From Vulcanimicrobiota bacterium (GTDB taxonomy: Bacteria; Vulcanimicrobiota; Vulcanimicrobiia; Vulcanimicrobiales; Vulcanimicrobiaceae), in NCBI GenBank assembly GCA_963695225.1, contig OY968762.1, positions 2,464,001 through 2,528,000 on the forward strand: a stretch of 64,000 bases of DNA. The letters run 5' to 3'. Below the pieces are notes generated by a model. That model was not told where the DNA came from. It ran no database searches and was given only the letters and a program-made list of their open reading frames with translations. Shown here one piece after another: positions 53,227 to 61,917 of this stretch (position 1 is the first letter of the stretch; each line of letters starts with the position of its first letter). Made by a program: the position numbers and the translations under genes.

Positions 53227-56051
53227 CCGGCGCGGAACGCGAGGAGCTCCAACGCTACCTCTTGGCCAACGTCGAGATCGAATCGACCCGGCACAATCTG
53301 GACGTGCTCGAACGCAGCGGCGGCGTCGAGCTCTTCCAGAAGCAACTGGCGTTGCTGCAGAAGCGGCTCTTGCAAGAGCCGCAGTCCTTCCGGGACATTT
53401 TCATCTCCGAGGGCATGCACGCGATCGCGTGGGAGTTCCAGCAGGACGAACTCCCGGACCACTTCACGAAGACGATGTGGGAGCTGATGCTGCGCGGCGA
53501 CGACATGAGCGCCGTCTTGCTGCGCTTCGTCTGGAACCTCTCGCTCAAGCTCAAGCGGAAGTTCATCCGCGCGCTCGACGCGCACCTCTCCGATCGCTAT
53601 CCGATGTTCAAGGGGCTCTCGCACGGCTGGCCGGGCGAGAACAACATCCCGCCGTACATCCGTCCCCCCGAGGAGCGCGTCAAGGATTTCGATCTCGTCA
53701 ACCAGGGCTACCTCGGATACATGGGGCTCGGCTACAGCGCGCGCGAGGTCGAGCTGTTCGTGTGGCTCGAAGTGCTGCGCGACAAGCAGTGCGACGACCG
53801 GCCGTGCGAGATCGGCGTCCCGAAAGACGGCCGCGCGGAGAATCACGGCGGCTGTCCGGTCAAGATCCACATTCCCGAGATGCTCCAGCTCATGGGCGCC
53901 GGCAAGTTCCAGCAGGCGCTCGAACTGATCAAGGATTGCAATCCGCTGCCGAACGTCACGGGACGCGTCTGCCCGCAGGAGATGCAGTGCCAGGGCGTCT
54001 GCACGCACTCCGTGCGGCCGATCGAGATCGGGCAGCTCGAGTGGTATCTCCCGCAGAGCGAGAAGGTCACGCCGCGCGCGGCCTCGGCGAACGGGTGGAA
54101 CGCGTTCGTGAACCCGTGGGCGTCGGCGGCGAAGCCGCCTATCGCCGTCGTCGGCTCCGGCCCCTCCGGCTTGATCAACGCCTACCTGCTCGCGAAGGAA
54201 GGCTATCCCGTCACGGTTTTCGAGGCGTTCCATCAGCTCGGCGGCGTGCTGCGCTACGGCATCCCCGAATTCCGCCTGCCGAACGAACTGATCGACGACG
54301 TCGTCGCGAAGATCGAGCAACTCGGCGGGAAGTTCGTCACGAACTTCGTCGTCGGGAAGACGGCCACGCTCGACGCGCTCAAGCGCGCGGGCTTTTGGAA
54401 GATCTTCGTCGGCACCGGCGCCGGCTTGCCGCGCTTCATGAACATTCCCGGCGAGCATCTGCTCGGCGTCATGTCGGCGAACGAGTTCCTCACGCGCGTG
54501 AACCTGATGCAGGGGCAGAGCGACGAGTACGAGACGCCGCTCCCCGAAACGCACGGGAAGCACGTGATCATCATCGGCGGCGGGAACACGGCGATGGACG
54601 CGTCGCGGACCGCGCGGCGCCTCGGCGGGAAAGTCACGATCGTCTACCGGCGCACGATGGACGAGATGCCGGCGCGCGTCGAAGAACTCCACCACGCGCT
54701 CGAGGAAGGCATCCAGGTCAAGGTCTTACGGGCGCCGAGCGAGTTTCTCGGCGATGGGAAGACCCATCACGTCACGCACGCCGTGCTCGACATCATGGAA
54801 CTGGGCGAGCCCGATAAATCGGGGCGGCGCAGCCCGATCGCGACCGGCGAGACCGAGCTGATCCCGGTCGATCTCGTGATCATGGCGCTCGGCAACGATT
54901 CGAACCCGATCGTCAAGGATGCCGAACCGGACCTCGCGACGACGAAGTGGGGGACGCTCGAGGTTCAGAAGGGCTCGCAGCGGACCTCGATCGAGGGCGT
55001 CTACACCGGCGGCGACGCCGCGCGAGGCGGTTCGACCGCGATCCGCGCGGCCGGCGACGGGCAGGCGGCCGCACGCGAGATCGCGGGCGAGATCCCGTTC
55101 TCGGCGAGCGAGATCAAGCTGCTCGTCGCGAGCGCGGAGCGCTACACCAAGCTCGGACAGACGCGCCAGACGATCGTCGAGAAGATCAACCTCGCCGACG
55201 GCATCGTCGAGTTCGTCGTGCGTTCCCCGCTGATCGCGAAGGCGGCCCGCGCGGGCCAGTTCGTTCGCGTGCTCGCCTGGGAGAAGGGCGAGTTGATCCC
55301 GCTGACGCTCGCCGATTGGGATGCGCATGCGGGAACGATCGATCTCGTCGTGCAGGGGCTCGGGACGAGTTCGATGGCGATCAACCAGATGGAGGTCGGC
55401 GAAGCGTTCACCGGCATCGCCGGGCCGCTGGGCCTGCCGAGCGAGTTGCATCGCTATTCGAAGGATGAGACGGTCGTCTTCACCGCGGGCGGCGTCGGCT
55501 TACCCCCGGTCTATCCGATCATGCGCGAGCACCTGCGCATGGGCAACCACGTCACGCTGATCGCCGGTTTCCGCACCGCGAACCTTCTGTTTTGGACGAA
55601 ACGCGATCAGCGCGTCGGGAAGCTGCAAGCCGAGTACCCGGACCTGCTCGACGTGATCTACACGACGAACGACGGCCGCTTCGGCATCAAGGGGTTCGTC
55701 ACGCTCCCGCTCGAGGATATGCTGAAGAAGGCCCAAGCCGGGAAAGGCCGCAAGATCGGGGAGGTCGTCACGATCGGCCCGCCGCTCATGATGCGTGCGG
55801 TCAGCGATCTCACGAAACCCTACGGCGTGCGCACGGTCGCGAGCCTGAACTCGATCATGGTCGACGCAACCGGCATGTGCGGCGCGTGCATGGTACCGGT
55901 GCTGCACAACGGGAAGCTCGTACGCAAGCACGCTTGCATCGACGGACCGGAGATCGACGCTCACGTCATCGAGTGGGATAAGTTCCTACCGCGCTTCAAC
56001 CAGTTCAAACCGCAAGAAGAGCGCAGCAAAGTCAAGCACGGCTTCGTGTAG
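53223..56051 (+). CDS. Fused NfnB(GltD/SudA)-NfnA(SudB)-like flavin/Fe-S oxidoreductase
   Basis: GCPV, GRVCPQE.QC...C, GSGPSG, YGIPEFRLP, GGGNTAMD, YRR; then AGQFV, IPLTLAD, GGVG, DATGMCGAC, CIDGP. Confidence 0.88.
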   Translation: MTGAEREELQRYLLANVEIESTRHNLDVLERSGGVELFQKQLALLQKRLLQEPQSFRDIFISEGMHAIAWEFQQDELPDHFTKTMWELMLRGDDMSAVLLRFVWNLSLKLKRKFIRALDAHLSDRYPMFKGLSHGWPGENNIPPYIRPPEERVKDFDLVNQGYLGYMGLGYSAREVELFVWLEVLRDKQCDDRPCEIGVPKDGRAENHGGCPVKIHIPEMLQLMGAGKFQQALELIKDCNPLPNVTGRVCPQEMQCQGVCTHSVRPIEIGQLEWYLPQSEKVTPRAASANGWNAFVNPWASAAKPPIAVVGSGPSGLINAYLLAKEGYPVTVFEAFHQLGGVLRYGIPEFRLPNELIDDVVAKIEQLGGKFVTNFVVGKTATLDALKRAGFWKIFVGTGAGLPRFMNIPGEHLLGVMSANEFLTRVNLMQGQSDEYETPLPETHGKHVIIIGGGNTAMDASRTARRLGGKVTIVYRRTMDEMPARVEELHHALEEGIQVKVLRAPSEFLGDGKTHHVTHAVLDIMELGEPDKSGRRSPIATGETELIPVDLVIMALGNDSNPIVKDAEPDLATTKWGTLEVQKGSQRTSIEGVYTGGDAARGGSTAIRAAGDGQAAAREIAGEIPFSASEIKLLVASAERYTKLGQTRQTIVEKINLADGIVEFVVRSPLIAKAARAGQFVRVLAWEKGELIPLTLADWDAHAGTIDLVVQGLGTSSMAINQMEVGEAFTGIAGPLGLPSELHRYSKDETVVFTAGGVGLPPVYPIMREHLRMGNHVTLIAGFRTANLLFWTKRDQRVGKLQAEYPDLLDVIYTTNDGRFGIKGFVTLPLEDMLKKAQAGKGRKIGEVVTIGPPLMMRAVSDLTKPYGVRTVASLNSIMVDATGMCGACMVPVLHNGKLVRKHACIDGPEIDAHVIEWDKFLPRFNQFKPQEERSKVKHGFV

Positions 56052-56060
56052 GCGGGCGCC

Positions 56061-57269
56061 TCAGCAGCGCACCATCGTCTTCGGCGCCGTTGCGGCGGCG
56101 CCGGGCGCGTTCGGTTCGAGCGTGCAGCTTTGGCGTTCGATGCCGTCGGTATCGCGCAGGGAGATCGTCCAACCCGTCGGCGTTCGCGTGTAGACGGCGA
56201 AGCCGAACTGCTTCGTCGCGAACGGAGCCTGCGCGCCCGGGGCGTAGCCGTTCGCGCTTACGTACTTGCTCGTCGCGTCCGCCTCGTCGAGATCGTCGCC
56301 GCTCTCGCCGTTCACCACGAGCGGCGGGTATGCGGCGAGATCGATCGCGACGAAATCGTGCACGTGCCCCACGAGGACGACGTCGAACGGCCCCAGGTCG
56401 GCCGGCGTCGTCGAGAGCACCGCCGTCATGTTCGCGCTCGCGTACGGCGGACGGTGCGTCACGAGCCACGCTCTCTCTCCCGGGCCGGCCGCGAGCGCCC
56501 GCGCGGCCTCGAAACTCCGAGTGTAGTAGGAGACGCGGGCCGGGTCCGTCGGAGGGACGTCGCTGGTGTCGGCCGACGAATCGAGTTCGACGATCCGCAG
56601 CCCGCCGACGCTCAGGGCATAGGGCGGCGTACCGTCGGCGGCGGCGGGGCCGTTCGGGCAGGCCGTGTTTTCGCTCGGTTCGAGATACCGGAACCAGGCG
56701 GGGCCGCCGCGCCGGCAATCCTCGTGGTTTCCGCGAGTCAAGACGAGCGGGACGCTCGCGAAGATCGGTTTCGCGGGGACGAACCAATCGGCGTTCCAGG
56801 ATTGGCTCGTGTCGCCCCAATAGTTCACGCACCCGGCGACGCCCGGGACGCAGTTGTTCTCGCGATAATAGAAATCGCCGACGTGGATCGCGAGGTCCGC
56901 GTGGACCGCCGCGATCGATTGCGCGATCTTCGCGAAAGGCCACGCCGCGAGATCGCCGCAATTCTGTTGCTCGCCGCCCTTCATGCGGCAGCCGGTGTCG
57001 CCGAAGACGACGACCGTGTTGACGGTCCGCGGGGGCGCGGGGAGCGCGTACCGTTCGATCGAGACGCCGCTTGCGCCGGGCGGCAGCGACGCTTCGCACA
57101 CGACTTCGGTGAAGCCTAACTCGCTTTGCATCGGGGCGCGTTGCGTCATCGGCACGGAGGTCCGGTCGTACGTGACGCTAGGGCAGCTTTGCGTCACGAG
57201 CGCGCGCGCCTGCGGCTTTCCGTCGGCGGCGTATTGAATCCAAGCGGAAAGGACGGCTGCGAAGAGCAT
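56061..57269 (-). CDS. Calcineurin-like metallophosphoesterase, probably exported (start uncertain)
   Basis: GDTG, HVGDFYY, RGNHE, THRP, GHVH metal-binding motifs. Confidence 0.85.
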   Translation of the reverse strand: MLFAAVLSAWIQYAADGKPQARALVTQSCPSVTYDRTSVPMTQRAPMQSELGFTEVVCEASLPPGASGVSIERYALPAPPRTVNTVVVFGDTGCRMKGGEQQNCGDLAAWPFAKIAQSIAAVHADLAIHVGDFYYRENNCVPGVAGCVNYWGDTSQSWNADWFVPAKPIFASVPLVLTRGNHEDCRRGGPAWFRYLEPSENTACPNGPAAADGTPPYALSVGGLRIVELDSSADTSDVPPTDPARVSYYTRSFEAARALAAGPGERAWLVTHRPPYASANMTAVLSTTPADLGPFDVVLVGHVHDFVAIDLAAYPPLVVNGESGDDLDEADATSKYVSANGYAPGAQAPFATKQFGFAVYTRTPTGWTISLRDTDGIERQSCTLEPNAPGAAATAPKTMVRC

Positions 57270-57484
57270 CTGGAGAGCCTCCTGGCATTCGTCGGCGGCG
57301 GTTCCGTCGCGAAGAGCGCAGAGCGTGCGAGGTTCGTCTTCATCGCCGAACGCGCGGTCCCTGGAACTCTCTTGCGCTCGGATGGGTCGCATCCGGCACC
57401 GGGTTCGCGAGGAACGAGATTGCACGAAAGATAACGGGAAGCACAGCCCCCGGCCGCCCCAGCACGTTCCCCAAGAGGAGTTCC

Positions 57485-58732
57485 GTGAAGCCTGAAGCCG
57501 TCTTGCCCACGCGCGGGCAGTTTATCACCGGCGGACTTGCCGCGTCCGCGGCAACGCTGGCGAGCGTCAACGTCATTGCCGCGCCGGCCGAGGCGCTTGT
57601 CGTGGGCATCACCGTTCCGGAGACGGGCCCCTACTCCGCCCAGGGGCTCGACCAGCTTAGGGCATACCGCTTGGCGATCGCCGAGATCAACAAGGCCGGC
57701 GGCGTCTTGGGCCTTCCGATCAAGGCCTCGATCGGCGACGACCGGACTCGCCCGGCATCCGCCGTAGCGAACGCGCGCCGCATGATCGAAGGCGAAGGCG
57801 CCGTCATGATCACGGGCGGCTCGTCGAGCGCGACCGCAGTCGCCGTCTCGGATCTGTGCCAAGAGAAGAAAGTCGTCTTCATGGCGACGCTCACGCACAG
57901 CAACGAAACGACCGGGAAATCGTGCCACTACCACACGTTCCGCCGCTACAACAACGCGCACATGTCGGCGAGCGCGCTCGCCCGAACGATGGCGACGAAG
58001 TACGGAGCCGGCCGCTGGTTCTACATCACCGCCGACTACACGTGGGGCCACTCCGTCTACCAAAGCATCACGGAGGTCGCCGAATCCAAGGGCGCGACGA
58101 CGATCAAGAACGTGCTCGTCCCGGTCGGCTCACAAGATTTCGGCTCCGCGTTCACGCAAGCGCTCTCGGCAAAGCCCGACGTCCTCGTCGTCACCGAATT
58201 CGGGAACGACATGATCAACGCGTTGTATCAGGCCGCGCAATTCGGCTTCACGAAGACGACGAAGATCCTCGTCCCGCTCGCCGACGAATACATGGTCGAG
58301 GGCGCGCAAGACAATTTCGACGGGGTCGTCACGACCGCTCCGTTTTATTGGAAGTACCACGCCGGCCGATACCCGGCCGCAAAGAAGTTCGTCGACTCCT
58401 TCGTCAAGCTCTACGGCACGCCGCCCTCCAACGGCGCGGAATGCGCCTACACGAACATGTACCAATGGAAAGCGGGCGTCGAGCGCGCCGGCTCTCCCGA
58501 TCCGAAGAAGTTCGTCGAAAAGATGGAAGGCTACCACTTCACCGCGACCAAGGATCCCGAATACTGGCGCGCCTTCGACCACCAGGGGATCAACTCGGTC
58601 CTCGTCCTCGAGGGCATCCCGCGCGCGCAGCGCACGAGCAAGTTCGCCTACGCGAAAGTCCTCGAAGTCCACGACGGCGATTCCGTAGCCGTAAAACAAA
58701 CCGCAAGCGACTGCAAACTAGACGGGGCATAG
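57485..58732 (+). CDS. Branched-chain amino acid/amide-type ABC substrate-binding protein
   Basis: GAGGAG RBS; Tat-like TRGQFITGG leader; TGPYS, EINKAGGVLG, ADYTWG. Confidence 0.88.
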   Translation: MKPEAVLPTRGQFITGGLAASAATLASVNVIAAPAEALVVGITVPETGPYSAQGLDQLRAYRLAIAEINKAGGVLGLPIKASIGDDRTRPASAVANARRMIEGEGAVMITGGSSSATAVAVSDLCQEKKVVFMATLTHSNETTGKSCHYHTFRRYNNAHMSASALARTMATKYGAGRWFYITADYTWGHSVYQSITEVAESKGATTIKNVLVPVGSQDFGSAFTQALSAKPDVLVVTEFGNDMINALYQAAQFGFTKTTKILVPLADEYMVEGAQDNFDGVVTTAPFYWKYHAGRYPAAKKFVDSFVKLYGTPPSNGAECAYTNMYQWKAGVERAGSPDPKKFVEKMEGYHFTATKDPEYWRAFDHQGINSVLVLEGIPRAQRTSKFAYAKVLEVHDGDSVAVKQTASDCKLDGA

Positions 58733-58799
58733 CCTCCTAAGCCGGTGTCCCAGGGCCTGCATCCCAGCTTGGCCGCCGTCACGGCAGACGGGACCCCAG

Positions 58800-61595
58800 C
58801 TAGCCGCCTAAAGCAGACGAATGCGGCAGTTCGATGACCGAGTGGACGAGCTCGTCGCCGAGCCGGTAGTTGTGGTGGAAGCCGAGGCTCGTGCAGACGG
58901 AGAGCATCGAGCGGTTGTCGTTGAGGATGTACCCGACGACGCGGTCGACGCGCTCTTCGCCGGCGATCTCGATGAGGCGGCGGAGCAACTTCTTGCCGAG
59001 GCCCTGCCCTTGGAACGAATCGGCGATGAGCAGCGCGAACTCCGCCTGGTTCGCCCCGTTCTCCATGATCAGTCGTCCGATGCCGACGATCTCCTCGCCC
59101 CCGGCCTCGTTCGTCCGCAACGCGAGAAGTGCGATCTGACGCGCGTAGTCGATGAAGCACAGGCGAGCGAGGCGCTCGTGCGAGATGCGCTGGTCGAGGC
59201 TGAGCGCGTGCGCGTACCGGCTGTAGACGCTGTCTTCGGAAAGCGCTGCGTGGAAGGGGCCCATCAGCGGCTCGTCGTCGGGGCGGATCGGGCGGATCGT
59301 CAATTCTTCGCCGCTGCGCGAGGTCCACGTGCCGACGTATTGCGCGGGGTACGGCCGGATCACCGAACTCGGGAGCGCCTCGTCGGCGATCTCCGGCGGA
59401 TGGAGGACGACGCGTGCGTCGAGCGCCACGATGCCGTTCGGCGTCGCGACGAGCGGGTTGATATCGATCTCCTTGACGCGCGGCTGCTCGACGACGAGCT
59501 CGCTGAAGCGCGCGAGCAGGAGCGCCAGCGCTTCCTCGTCGATCGGAGTGCGCCCGCGAACGCCGGCGAAAGCTTTGGCGACCTTCGTCTTCGCGATCGT
59601 CTGTCGAGCCAGCGCCTCGTTCAGCGGGGGCAGGGCGAGTGCGGTGTCGTTGTAGACTTCGACGAGCGTTCCGCCGGAGCCGAACAGGATGACGGGCCCG
59701 AACTGCGGATCGAGCGTCGAGCCGAAGATCAGCTCGTACCCGTCGCGCGTTTCGATCATCGGCTGGACGGTCACGCCGCCGAACGCCTCCGGCCCCGCTT
59801 TCGCGGTGACGGAAGCCTGGATCTCATGGAACGCCAGCTCGACGCAGCTCGCGCTGCCGAGGTTGAGCCGGACGCCGCCGACATCGCTCTTGTGCGTGAC
59901 GGTTTCTGAATGCAGCTTGACGACGACGGGGAAGCCGATCGCGGCCGCCGCTTCGACGGCCGCCTCAGCCGTCGTCGCGATCACCGTCGGGGTCGTGGGG
60001 ATATCGTATGCGGCGAGGAGTTGCTTTGATTCGGCCTCGCTGAGCAGGACGCGGCCTTCAGCGAGCGCGTTCGCGAAGAGCGTGCGGACCGCCGCGCGGT
60101 TCGGCGCGTGCCGGTCGGGCGAGACGCGCGGCGTTTCGAAGAGGGCGCGGAGCTTCGCATCGTAGCGCCACATCAGGTTGAAGATCCGCGCCGCGTGGTC
60201 CGGGTAGGCGAAGGTGGGGATGCCGGCCGGCTCGAGGATATCAGCGGCGGCAGCGAGCGTCGTCGCCCCCATCCACGCGACCAGGATCGGCTTGTGAGAG
60301 GTCCGCGCGATCGCCTTGAGGCCTTCGGCGACCTCCTTCGTCCCGGCCATCGCCTGCGGCGCGAGCGCGACGAGGATCGCATCGTTGTTGGGGTCGGCGA
60401 TCGCGATCCGCGCCGCCTCTTGGAAGCGCCCGATCGGCGCATCGTCGAGGACGTCGATCGGATTCGTGCGGCTCCAGAGCGGGGGGAGGAGCGCGTCGAG
60501 CTGGGCCATCGCCGCCGCGCCGACTTGCGCGAGCTCGCCGCCGCCTTCGATCAACGCGTCGCACGCGAGGACGGCGGGGCCGCCGGAGTTCGTCACGATC
60601 GCCAGCCGCTTCCCCGCGGGGCGCGGTTGCTTGGCGAGCACGTCGGTGATTTGAAAGAGATCCTCGATCGAATCGACGCGCAGGATTCCACAGCGGTCGA
60701 ATGCCGCATCGAGCGCCCTGTCGCTCCCGGTCAAGGAGCCCGTGTGCGACGCGGCGACCTTGGCGGCAGCTTCGGTCCGGCCGCCTTTGATGACGACGAT
60801 CGGCTTCGTGAGCGCAACCTCGCGCGCCGCCGAGAGCAGCTTGCGGGCATCCCCGACCGACTCCATGCAGAGGACGATCGCACTCGTATTCGGGTCGTCG
60901 CCGAGGTGATAGATGATGTCGCTCCACCCGATATCGAGCATCGAGCCCATCGAGATGAACGCGCTGAAACCGACTCCCTGGGAGATGCTCCAATCGAGGA
61001 TCGCGGTCCCGACCGCGCCGCTCTGGCTCGCGAAGCCGATCGAGCCGGCCCGCGCGTTCATGCTCGAGAGCGACGCGTTGAGCCCGACGTGCGGCGCCAT
61101 GATGCCCGTGCAGTTCGGGCCGAGGACGCGCATGCGGCCGGCGGCTTGCGCGAAGATCTCGCGTTCGAGCTGCGCCCCCTCGGCGCCGCTCTCCTTGAAC
61201 CCGGCGGCCAGGACGACGGCGACCTTGACGCCCGCATCGGCGCACTCGCCGATCAACCCGGGGACGGTCCGGGCCGGAGTCGCGATGATTGCGACGTCGA
61301 CGGGCTTGGGGACGGCTCCGATCGACGGGTACGCCGGCCGGCCGAAGAGGCTTGCGTGATGCGGGTTCACGGTGAAGACGTCGCCGCGGAAAGCGCCCTC
61401 GATCAGGTTCAGCGTCGCGATACGGCCGACGCCGGGCTTCTCCGAAGAACCGATGACGGCGACCGAGCGCGGGTGAAAGAGCGCGTCGATCGGCAAGGGG
61501 CGGGCGCCCATCCTTGCGGAGGGGAAAGCGACCGGCGTGCCGGCAGCCGTCGCCGTGTAACCGGCGGGCGGAGGATCCCCAGTCAGCGTTTTCAT
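58800..61595 (-). CDS. Bifunctional acetate--CoA ligase (ADP-forming)-like / GNAT acetyltransferase (Pat/YfiQ architecture)
   Basis: [55 protein letters not shown]. Confidence 0.92.
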   Translation of the reverse strand: MKTLTGDPPPAGYTATAAGTPVAFPSARMGARPLPIDALFHPRSVAVIGSSEKPGVGRIATLNLIEGAFRGDVFTVNPHHASLFGRPAYPSIGAVPKPVDVAIIATPARTVPGLIGECADAGVKVAVVLAAGFKESGAEGAQLEREIFAQAAGRMRVLGPNCTGIMAPHVGLNASLSSMNARAGSIGFASQSGAVGTAILDWSISQGVGFSAFISMGSMLDIGWSDIIYHLGDDPNTSAIVLCMESVGDARKLLSAAREVALTKPIVVIKGGRTEAAAKVAASHTGSLTGSDRALDAAFDRCGILRVDSIEDLFQITDVLAKQPRPAGKRLAIVTNSGGPAVLACDALIEGGGELAQVGAAAMAQLDALLPPLWSRTNPIDVLDDAPIGRFQEAARIAIADPNNDAILVALAPQAMAGTKEVAEGLKAIARTSHKPILVAWMGATTLAAAADILEPAGIPTFAYPDHAARIFNLMWRYDAKLRALFETPRVSPDRHAPNRAAVRTLFANALAEGRVLLSEAESKQLLAAYDIPTTPTVIATTAEAAVEAAAAIGFPVVVKLHSETVTHKSDVGGVRLNLGSASCVELAFHEIQASVTAKAGPEAFGGVTVQPMIETRDGYELIFGSTLDPQFGPVILFGSGGTLVEVYNDTALALPPLNEALARQTIAKTKVAKAFAGVRGRTPIDEEALALLLARFSELVVEQPRVKEIDINPLVATPNGIVALDARVVLHPPEIADEALPSSVIRPYPAQYVGTWTSRSGEELTIRPIRPDDEPLMGPFHAALSEDSVYSRYAHALSLDQRISHERLARLCFIDYARQIALLALRTNEAGGEEIVGIGRLIMENGANQAEFALLIADSFQGQGLGKKLLRRLIEIAGEERVDRVVGYILNDNRSMLSVCTSLGFHHNYRLGDELVHSVIELPHSSALGG

Positions 61596-61917
61596 TGGCG
61601 TTATAGATATTATCGGCTATATGCGTCTAGCCTCCTAGTGCTTTTTGCCACTTCGGGCGTTCTTCTAGTGAATTCCCGTGAAATAAAGGGAAGGGTACGA
61701 CTCGTGTATAACGGCCACCGGTTGAATCTGTCGTCACTCACGCTTTCGGTGCTCGATCTCCGGCATCGAAGTGTTCGCGGCAGGCTTTACGGTCCGGACG
61801 CTACCGACCAGTACGGTTGGGAAAGTCGTGACTCGTGGCCCACGAATTTCAGCCGAGATGGCGGCCGAGCCGCAGTGATCCGTTCTTCGAGCCGCGGTTC
61901 GCCGAAGATCACGCCGA

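Noticed and set aside
61596..61917. Riboswitch (e.g. c-di-GMP) in the AT-rich gap before the GGDEF gene
   Set aside because: No recognisable aptamer consensus; it looks like an ordinary divergent promoter region.
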